Of a DNA stretch of 50,193 nucleotides, positions 43,104-50,193 are shown one piece after another. The notes under the pieces were generated by a model, which had not been told where the DNA came from, made no database searches, and saw only the letters and a program-made list of their open reading frames with translations. A program made the translations under genes and the position numbers. This stretch comes from a virus (taxonomy: Duplodnaviria > Caudoviricetes): positions 1 through 50,193 of the IMG/VR virus record IMGVR_UViG_3300037439_000206; one strand, written 5' to 3'. Position 1 is the stretch's first letter. Every line of letters begins with the position of its first letter.

Positions 43104-45194
43104 GTGGCGCTGCCCGAGGTCACCGCGACGCTCGACGCCGACGTCTCAGGCTTCGTCGCCGCCTGGGACCGGGCCGCGGACGCCGCCGAGCGGGCCGCTG
43201 CCCGGATCCGAGCGGCACAAGCCTCCATCGGCGACATCAAGGTCGACACGGACGGCCTCCGCGGGGTCGGCGCCGAGCTCGACAAGGTCGGCGAGTCGGC
43301 CCGCAACGCGGGCGCGGAGTGGGACGAGTCGGCGAAGCGCTGGCGCGATGCCTCCGGCCAGTTCGTGGCCGGCGCGAAGTCGGCCTCGGAGTCCATGAGC
43401 GGCTTCGGCCGCTCCGGCTCCATGGCTGCGCGGATGCTCGGCCCGCTGGGTGCCGCGGTCGCTGCGGCTGCAGCCCTCCTACCTGCGGTCGCCGCCGCAG
43501 GTCTCGCTGCTGGTGCTGCGCTGCAGGGCCTGGGCGTGGCGGCGCTCGTGGTCGCCGGCGGATGGCGTGGGCTCGAGCAGGCCGGCGAGCGACTCAAGGC
43601 CAGCCTGGGCGGGCTGCAGAAGCAGCTGGAGTCCATCTTCCGGTCCGAGCTGAGCCAGGAGTTCACGAAGCTCGGGCAGGCGATCTCGGGCCTGGACGGC
43701 CCGATCAAGGGCATCGCGCACAGCGTCTCCGATGTGATCAAGGAGTTCACTGGCTGGATCCGCTCCGCCGCGGGCCTGGAAGAGATCAACCAGATGCTCG
43801 GCGGGGTCGACAACATGGTGAAGCAGCTCGCGCCCGGAGCGAAGGCCCTGGCGCAGGCCTTCACCGCCTTCGGTGCGGCTGCGGCTCCGGCGATGGACGA
43901 GGTCGGCAAGGCTCTGTCTTCGGTCTTCGTCGAGCTGAACAAGGTCATCCAGGAAGCGAAGAAGAGCGGCCAGCTGGAGAAGGCGTTCCAGGCGGGGGCG
44001 AAGGCCATCGAGGCGTTCGGCAAGCTCGCCGCTGGCGTGCTCGCGGTCTTGATCGAGTTGGCCGCGGAAGGCGGCGAGCCGGCGGCGGCGTCCATCGGCA
44101 AGCTCGGCGACGCGCTGAAGGAGAACGCCCCGCAGATCGCGAAGATGGTCGCCGAGATCTCCCGGACGGTCGACAACATCATGTCCCTGATCCAGGGGTT
44201 CAACCAGGCGAAAGCGGCCACCGGCGGGTTCGGCGACGCCGTGATGAAGCTGTCCACGGACATCGCCAAGGGTCTCGCGATCGGTGACTGGACGTCGTTC
44301 TTCAACACGATCAAGAAAGGCTTCCCGGACGCGGGCAAGTCGGTGTCGAAGTTCGGCACGGACGCGAAGAAAGCCCTGGACAAGTTCAAGGACGACACGA
44401 ACAAGAACATCAACAAGACCCTCGAGGACACCAAGAAAGCGATCGACAAGTGGAAGGACGACACCAACAAGTCGATCAATAAGTGGGTCGAGGACTGGAA
44501 GAAGGGTGTCGACAAGTGGAAAGACGACACCAACAAGAACATCAACAAGGGTCTTGAGGACGCGAAGAAGGCGATCGACAAATGGAAAGACGACACTAAC
44601 GAGTCGATCAACGAGTTCGTCAGCGAATGGCTCGAAGCCGTCGCGAAGTGGTGGGAAGACACAAGCAAGAACATTCAAGAGGGCGTCGACAAGGCGGTCG
44701 AGTTCATCTCGACCCTGCCGGACAAGGCCATGCAGGCGCTGTCCGGCTGGGTGAAGGACATGAAGCAGATCGGCAAGGACGCGATCGACGGCATCGCCGA
44801 AGGCATCGAGTCCGCCGTGGGGAACCTGGTCGGAGCGGCGACCAAGGCGGCGAAGGCCGCGCTCGCCGCGATCAAGGGCACGCTCGGGATCCGCTCCCCG
44901 TCGGCGGTGTTCCGTGAAGAGGTCGGCATGATGATCTCGGCCGGTATCGCTGAGGGCATCATCGCGAACGCCGGCCGGGTCACCGACGCCGTGAACCGGA
45001 CCGGACTCGGCGCGCTCGTGGCCACCGGCGGAGCGTCCGGCGGGGGCATGTCCGTCGGACGCGGTGGCAGTCAGACGCTCACCATTCAGGTGCTCGGCGG
45101 CGCGGACTCCGCAGCTGGCACGTTCATCGCCCGCCTGGCCCAGCAGGGCAAGCTCAAGATCACGGCCAACGCAGTGGTTGGGGGCCGTCGGTGA
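43104..45194 (+). CDS. Tape measure protein (696 aa)
   Basis: Ala/Gly-rich helical sequence, 22-aa KWKDDTNK repeats, LGIRSPSAVF. Confidence 0.88.
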   Translation: MALPEVTATLDADVSGFVAAWDRAADAAERAAARIRAAQASIGDIKVDTDGLRGVGAELDKVGESARNAGAEWDESAKRWRDASGQFVAGAKSASESMSGFGRSGSMAARMLGPLGAAVAAAAALLPAVAAAGLAAGAALQGLGVAALVVAGGWRGLEQAGERLKASLGGLQKQLESIFRSELSQEFTKLGQAISGLDGPIKGIAHSVSDVIKEFTGWIRSAAGLEEINQMLGGVDNMVKQLAPGAKALAQAFTAFGAAAAPAMDEVGKALSSVFVELNKVIQEAKKSGQLEKAFQAGAKAIEAFGKLAAGVLAVLIELAAEGGEPAAASIGKLGDALKENAPQIAKMVAEISRTVDNIMSLIQGFNQAKAATGGFGDAVMKLSTDIAKGLAIGDWTSFFNTIKKGFPDAGKSVSKFGTDAKKALDKFKDDTNKNINKTLEDTKKAIDKWKDDTNKSINKWVEDWKKGVDKWKDDTNKNINKGLEDAKKAIDKWKDDTNESINEFVSEWLEAVAKWWEDTSKNIQEGVDKAVEFISTLPDKAMQALSGWVKDMKQIGKDAIDGIAEGIESAVGNLVGAATKAAKAALAAIKGTLGIRSPSAVFREEVGMMISAGIAEGIIANAGRVTDAVNRTGLGALVATGGASGGGMSVGRGGSQTLTIQVLGGADSAAGTFIARLAQQGKLKITANAVVGGRR

Positions 45195-47593
45195 GCACGT
45201 CGTTCCTGACCACCGCCCCCGACGCGCCGGATCTGCGGATCGCCGTCGAGGTGGCGTGGGGCGCGGACTTGACCGACCTCACCGGTGCGTCGTGGACATG
45301 GGACGACGTCACCGACTACGTGATCCTGGAGCACGGCGGCGGCGCCGGGGGCGGTAGCGGTGCAGGCAGCGGCGCGTCGGGCGACGCGCAGGGCGGCAGC
45401 ATCTCCATCGACCTCGGGCGGCCGGACTTCTCCTCGGAGACTCAGACCACGACCATGGTCTGCGAGCTCGACAACCGCGACGGCCGGTTCTCCGAGGGCG
45501 GGTTGAGTCCGTACTGGCCGAACATCCGCCGGGGCACGCCGGTGCGGGTGCGGGTGTCCCCGGACGGCGGGAGTATCTGGCACCTGCGGTTCCAGGGGCA
45601 GGCGAACGGCTTCACTCCGAACTGGCCGGAGAAGACCGGCCGGTGGGCGACCGTCACGCTGTCGGCGTCCGGACCGCTGCGGCGGATCAACCAGGGCACC
45701 CTGCCAGCCAAGTCGGTGTACACCACGGAGATTCCGCGCTCGGCGAGCTGGCCCAACATGATCGCGTACTGGCCGTGTGAGGGTGGCGACGGCTTCCGGG
45801 ACAACCCACCCGCAGTCCCCACGGGCGGACATCCGGTGCTGCGACTGGACGACGCTTACACCCCGAAGGTCGCGAACGTCCCGTCTACCGAGGCTTTCCC
45901 GCTGTCCGGCCCACTGCAGTCACACATGAAGATGTACACCGGGCAAAGGTTCGGAGAGGGCGAGGACTTCCCGACCTACACGAGCTCGGGCGTCATCCAG
46001 TTGCGGTTCCTGTTCGCCGTTCCGGGCGCGTTGCCGACCCATGAAGAGATCCAGGTTGACGACACGGTCAAGCAGTTCCCCGGCATCCACTGGCAACCGC
46101 TGTTCTACCTACACATGGCGGGCGGCAGCATCCCGGGTTGGGCGCTCCAGATCAACGACCTCGGGGACATGCGAGTCATCGGCTACAACAGCGCAGGTTC
46201 GGTCGCTCGGACCGGCGGTGCGGTCGCCTGGGCTGTCAGCGGCGCCCCCTGGCTCTGCGGGGTCACCATCTCAAATAGTGGCTCTTCGGTGAACGTCCTG
46301 GTTCGAACGAAGGACTTCAAGACGGGTACAAACCTGGCCAACACCTGGAACTTTTCGTCGACCAGCATTAGCGGTCAGATCGTCGGGCTCGAGCCGATCG
46401 CCCCGGACTGCTCGCCAGCAGGCACCGGCACCGAGAACGTCCTCATTGCGCACCTGTCGGTACACACCGGTAGTGAGCAGATCAACACGACTGGCGTGAA
46501 CAATTTGATGTTCGGACTGCCCGGCGAGAGCATGGCCGTTCGCCTGGCGCGACTCTGTGACCGGCACCAGATCTACGTGGAGACCCTGGACTCGGCGGCG
46601 GGGGCGACCACCTCGATCACCGACACCATGGGGCCGCAGTACTACGACACGCTCACTGAGCTGTTGCGCGAGTGTGAACGTACCGGCCAGGGGCTGCTCT
46701 ACGACGGCCTCGGCTCTGGACTGACGTACGTGACGAAGCGCCGCCGTGAGACCAACGCGAACAGCGCCGCCACCCTGGTCCTCGACGCCAGCGAGGGGCA
46801 GTTGATAGAGCCGTTCGCGCCGATCGACGATGACCAGCTCACGATCAACCACTGCGACGTGAGCACCCGCAATGGCACCGCGATTACCTACATCGACACC
46901 GGCGGGCCCGTCGGGGCCGAAGCGATCGGCGACTACGCCACGAGCTTTACGGTGAATCCGGAGAGCGATGCCGGGCTCATCCGCTATGCCGAGTGGGCGG
47001 TCGGGCTCGGCACCCAGCAGGGCTACCGCTACCCCACGGTGTCCTTCGCTCTGGACGCCAGCCCCGAGCTGATCGACGGCTGGCTCGCCTGCATCCCCAC
47101 CTCGCGCGTCGACGTCCAGAACATCGCCTCGATCCGCCGCCAGCACTCCGGCGAGACCATCCGGCTACTGCTCGAAGGCTGGCACGAGGAGATCGACGCC
47201 TTCACCTGGCGTGTCACCGCGAACACCAGCTCGGCCGAGCCGTGGCGGGTCGTCGAGCTCGCTGCCGCCACCGGGTCGGCCGGTGACGGGATCTGCCACC
47301 TGCAGACCGAGTCCTCGCAGCTGAACGCGGACTACACCAGCGGCACCACGATCAGCGTGCGCACCAACACCGGCCTGCGCTGGATCACCACCAGTGAGGA
47401 CGCGGACTCGTTCCCGTTCGACATCTCCGTCGGCGGGGTCAAGGCCACCGTCACCGGCATCACCAGCACCACCAGCCCGCAGGCCTTCACGCTCTCGGCC
47501 GTGTTGCCGCGCACGTTCACCGGCTCGACGACGGCTGGCTCTCCGCTCGGCACGCCGGTCGAGGTCTGGCGCCCGCCCGTCTACGGACTGTGA
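45191..47593 (+). CDS. Minor tail/baseplate protein
   Basis: LDNRDGRFS...YWPNIRRGTPVRV, AYWPCE and RYPTV motifs; follows the tape measure. Confidence 0.8.
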   Translation: MSTSFLTTAPDAPDLRIAVEVAWGADLTDLTGASWTWDDVTDYVILEHGGGAGGGSGAGSGASGDAQGGSISIDLGRPDFSSETQTTTMVCELDNRDGRFSEGGLSPYWPNIRRGTPVRVRVSPDGGSIWHLRFQGQANGFTPNWPEKTGRWATVTLSASGPLRRINQGTLPAKSVYTTEIPRSASWPNMIAYWPCEGGDGFRDNPPAVPTGGHPVLRLDDAYTPKVANVPSTEAFPLSGPLQSHMKMYTGQRFGEGEDFPTYTSSGVIQLRFLFAVPGALPTHEEIQVDDTVKQFPGIHWQPLFYLHMAGGSIPGWALQINDLGDMRVIGYNSAGSVARTGGAVAWAVSGAPWLCGVTISNSGSSVNVLVRTKDFKTGTNLANTWNFSSTSISGQIVGLEPIAPDCSPAGTGTENVLIAHLSVHTGSEQINTTGVNNLMFGLPGESMAVRLARLCDRHQIYVETLDSAAGATTSITDTMGPQYYDTLTELLRECERTGQGLLYDGLGSGLTYVTKRRRETNANSAATLVLDASEGQLIEPFAPIDDDQLTINHCDVSTRNGTAITYIDTGGPVGAEAIGDYATSFTVNPESDAGLIRYAEWAVGLGTQQGYRYPTVSFALDASPELIDGWLACIPTSRVDVQNIASIRRQHSGETIRLLLEGWHEEIDAFTWRVTANTSSAEPWRVVELAAATGSAGDGICHLQTESSQLNADYTSGTTISVRTNTGLRWITTSEDADSFPFDISVGGVKATVTGITSTTSPQAFTLSAVLPRTFTGSTTAGSPLGTPVEVWRPPVYGL

Positions 47594-47625
47594 GAACCCG
47601 ATGACCTTCCACGGAGGAGATCCCC

Positions 47626-47772
47626 ATGGCGAACCGGTACGCGGGGCAGAAGCTCCGCTCGTCCTACGTCCCCAGTTCGTCGGTCGGGCAGAGGCTGCTT
47701 GCCTCGGCCGCCCCCGCGGCGGTGAACGCGGTCGCGGGGCGGGCGCCCAAGGCTGGGACCGGATGGAGCTGA
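47626..47772 (+). CDS. 48-aa ORF, possible truncated tail fibre remnant
   Basis: GGAGGAG RBS; MANRYAGQKLRSS start. Confidence 0.45.
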   Translation: MANRYAGQKLRSSYVPSSSVGQRLLASAAPAAVNAVAGRAPKAGTGWS

Positions 47773-47776
47773 GCTG

Positions 47777-48145
47777 ATGGCCGGCCCGTTCACCCTGCGC
47801 CCGGCCGCGACCGAGATCGACTGGGAGATCATCAAGGGCGACCAGTTCGACATCCTGATCCCGGTCCTCGACTCCGACGGCGTGCAGGTCGACATTGCTG
47901 GCTGGACCGCGAAGGCGCAGGTCCGGCACAGCGAGGACGAACCCGTCCTGCATGAGTGGTCCCTCGACGAGGGCAACATCGAATGCTCCGTCGAGGGCGT
48001 GACCCTCAACGTGCTCGGCTCACAGACCTCGCTGTGGGACTGGACCAAGGCACTGATCTCGATCGAGATCTACGAGCCCATCACCCTCAAGCCGCGGGTC
48101 ATCGCCGAAGGCACGATCCGCGCGCTCCCCGAGACGACCCAGTAA
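47777..48145 (+). CDS. Ig-like tail adaptor protein
   Basis: IIKGDQF...VDIAGWTAKAQVR...IAEGTI pattern. Confidence 0.7.
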   Translation: MAGPFTLRPAATEIDWEIIKGDQFDILIPVLDSDGVQVDIAGWTAKAQVRHSEDEPVLHEWSLDEGNIECSVEGVTLNVLGSQTSLWDWTKALISIEIYEPITLKPRVIAEGTIRALPETTQ

Positions 48146-48156
48146 GGAGAATCGCC

Positions 48157-48645
48157 ATGGCTCTGATCATCCCCACCGAGGGGCTGGACTACATGGTCGC
48201 CCGCATCGTCGAGGGCGCCACCGCTCCGGCCTCGCTGTGGATCGGCCTGTTCACCGGCGGCGACGGCACCACCGTCCCCGCGGCCAGCGCGACCCGTGGC
48301 ACCATGGGCGGGGCGTTCGCCGAGGCCCTCACCGGTAGCACCTACCCCGGATACGCGGCCGTCGAGATGACCGCCAACACCGAGTGGGGCGCGATCGGTG
48401 CACAGACCGTGTGGGGCAACTCCGTGCGCGGGTCCGTCGGCACCCAGCAGTCGTTCGCCGCAGCGACCAGCGCGGCCGGGTCGGCGAACATCACCGGGTT
48501 CTTCCTGGCGACCGCGGTCACGGGCGGCACCGTGATCTGTTACTCGAACTTCGATGACGAGACCCCGATCGCGTCCCTGGCTCTCGGTGACATCGTGCGC
48601 GTCACGCCCACGTTCGGGCTGATGAGCGCGGTCGAGATCCCCTGA
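48157..48645 (+). CDS. Tail fibre-associated structural protein
   Basis: TAAGGAG RBS; LWIGLFTG...GYAAV...ATAVTGG. Confidence 0.7.
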   Translation: MALIIPTEGLDYMVARIVEGATAPASLWIGLFTGGDGTTVPAASATRGTMGGAFAEALTGSTYPGYAAVEMTANTEWGAIGAQTVWGNSVRGSVGTQQSFAAATSAAGSANITGFFLATAVTGGTVICYSNFDDETPIASLALGDIVRVTPTFGLMSAVEIP

Positions 48646-48676
48646 TCTGAGTCCGTCGAGCGGAGGGCGGTGACCG

Positions 48677-50193
48677 GTGGCCGCACCGACGATCGCCGCT
48701 GCCGGGACGCTCACCCCGGGCACCGACGCCCCGGGCAGCACGCAGTCGTTCGCCAAGCCCTCTGGCGTGGTGAACGGCAGCCTGCTGCTCGCGATCTACT
48801 CGTGTGAGCACAGCACGGCCGGCACGTTGCTCTCCGCGCCGTCCGGCTGGACGAAGGCGCCGGATTCCGACGGTGCGTTCCAGGCAGTCTCCAGCGGCAC
48901 CGCGGGCTACGCCTTCTACAAGATCGTCGTCGATGCCGGGTCCGAGCCGGCCAGCTACGCCATGCCGGTGCAGGACGGCCGGTGGCGCCGGGGCGCGGTC
49001 CTGCGCATCGCCGGTCACGACCCATCGAGCCCGTTCGACGGCGGGGACGGAGCGGTGGCCGCGTCGAACACCAGCGCGCCGAGCACCTCGGTCACCACCA
49101 CCGGCGGGGACCGCCTGCTGATCTGGCACGCGGCCTCGTACAACCTCTCAGCATGGGCGACGTTGCCCACCGGGTTCACCGAGCTCGCGGCCTATGCCAG
49201 CACCAGCGACGTGAACGTCGTCGCCGAGCGTGTTCTGGTGAGCGCGAGCACGTTCACCACCGGTGGCATCGCCACCGGTGCGAGCGCGGGCAAGGCGGCG
49301 TGGCTGGGCGCGATTCGTCCTGCGAGCTCCGGCACGACCTACAGCAAGACCGGTGGCGCGGCCGGTGCTGGCGCAAGCTCGGGCGCGAAGTCGGTCATCC
49401 CGGCCAACTTCATCAACCGAGCCGGCGGCGGGGCAGCACGTGGCGCTGCGTCCGGCGCTCGGATCGTCACCGTCCCGAAGATCCGCTCGGGCGGTGGCAC
49501 TGCCCGAGCAGCCGGGTCGGGCGCGAAGACGGTCATCGTCGTGCCGCCGCTACCCAGCGACGTCCTGGATCTGTCCTACTGGCACCTGACCACGCCCGAG
49601 GACGAGGGCGACGGCACCGCCGAGCAGATCGACCAGCCGGCGCTGGACTCCTACGAGTCGACCAACTTCTACGTCGACGAGGACGGGCTCGTCGTCTGCA
49701 TCGCCCCGGTGGACGGATACTCCACGTCCTCCTCGTCCGGCGCGACCCGGATGGAGCTGCGCCAGCACCGCAAGAGCGGCTACGCGAACGCGGCGATGGA
49801 CCCGAACGGGTCCGGCCGCTGGCAGATGACCATCACCACCAGCGCGGACCCGACCAGCATCGCCGGTGGTTCGAACCCCCGCCAGGAACTGATCATCGCC
49901 CAGATCCACGGTGCGGGCGACTCGCCGATCCCGCTGATCCTGTCGGCGGAGTGGACCTCGGGCGGCAACCCGGTCACGCCGCGTGTGCGGATCTTCAAGA
50001 ACGGTCCCGGCCTGGCGAACATCATCACGGGCATCACGACCAGTACCCGGCTCTCGATCCGGATCCGGATCGACGCCGATGCCGGCAGGCTCAAGGTCTG
50101 GGGTGTCGCAGGCGAGCGCACCGCCCTGCCGTCGATCACAGACAGCACCCCGTACGACTGGCCGATCAGCGACTTCACCGACCAAGAGGGCTG
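48677..50193 (+). CDS. 5' part of the junction-spanning tail fibre, with a PL7 polysaccharide lyase domain (absent from the ORF track)
   Basis: GGAGG RBS, GTG at 48677, no stop to the window end; DLSYWHLTTP (49568), RMELRQ (49748) and QIH (49901). Confidence 0.85.
   Translation, partial: MAAPTIAAAGTLTPGTDAPGSTQSFAKPSGVVNGSLLLAIYSCEHSTAGTLLSAPSGWTKAPDSDGAFQAVSSGTAGYAFYKIVVDAGSEPASYAMPVQDGRWRRGAVLRIAGHDPSSPFDGGDGAVAASNTSAPSTSVTTTGGDRLLIWHAASYNLSAWATLPTGFTELAAYASTSDVNVVAERVLVSASTFTTGGIATGASAGKAAWLGAIRPASSGTTYSKTGGAAGAGASSGAKSVIPANFINRAGGGAARGAASGARIVTVPKIRSGGGTARAAGSGAKTVIVVPPLPSDVLDLSYWHLTTPEDEGDGTAEQIDQPALDSYESTNFYVDEDGLVVCIAPVDGYSTSSSSGATRMELRQHRKSGYANAAMDPNGSGRWQMTITTSADPTSIAGGSNPRQELIIAQIHGAGDSPIPLILSAEWTSGGNPVTPRVRIFKNGPGLANIITGITTSTRLSIRIRIDADAGRLKVWGVAGERTALPSITDSTPYDWPISDFTDQEG

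Noticed and set aside
44380-44680. 66-bp repeats in the tape measure gene
   Set aside because: Ordinary 11/22-aa periodicity of tape measure proteins.
50067-50193. 127-bp terminal repeat as a biological terminal repeat
   Set aside because: It falls mid-gene, far from the terminase region, and equals a common assembler k-mer overlap.

Overview
The window is almost certainly a complete, circularly assembled genome of about 50,066 bp from a high-GC actinomycete siphovirus. Bases 1-127 are identical to 50067-50193, which looks like an assembly overlap. Virion genes run on + from about 30.3 kb through the junction to about 8.0 kb: TerS, TerL, portal-MuF fusion, protease/scaffold, capsid, tail, two repeat-rich fibres and lysis genes. 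Leftward early genes occupy 23.1-8.1 kb and rightward replication genes 23.2-30.2 kb. I found no integrase or clear immunity repressor. The most unusual features are: (1) a second, apparently intact TerS+TerL pair in the leftward early arm, with only one portal and one capsid gene; (2) two arrays of micro-genes joined by conserved ~22-nt repeats that carry RBS, stop and start; (3) a class F sortase with its probable substrate inside the lysis region; (4) a PL7 (alginate-lyase-type) domain in a tail fibre, hidden by the contig break; (5) a tRNA-like RNA with alanine identity elements and a shrunken anticodon arm; (6) a leaderless gene nested antisense inside a DNA methyltransferase ORF. All product calls come from motif recognition by eye, with no database searches.
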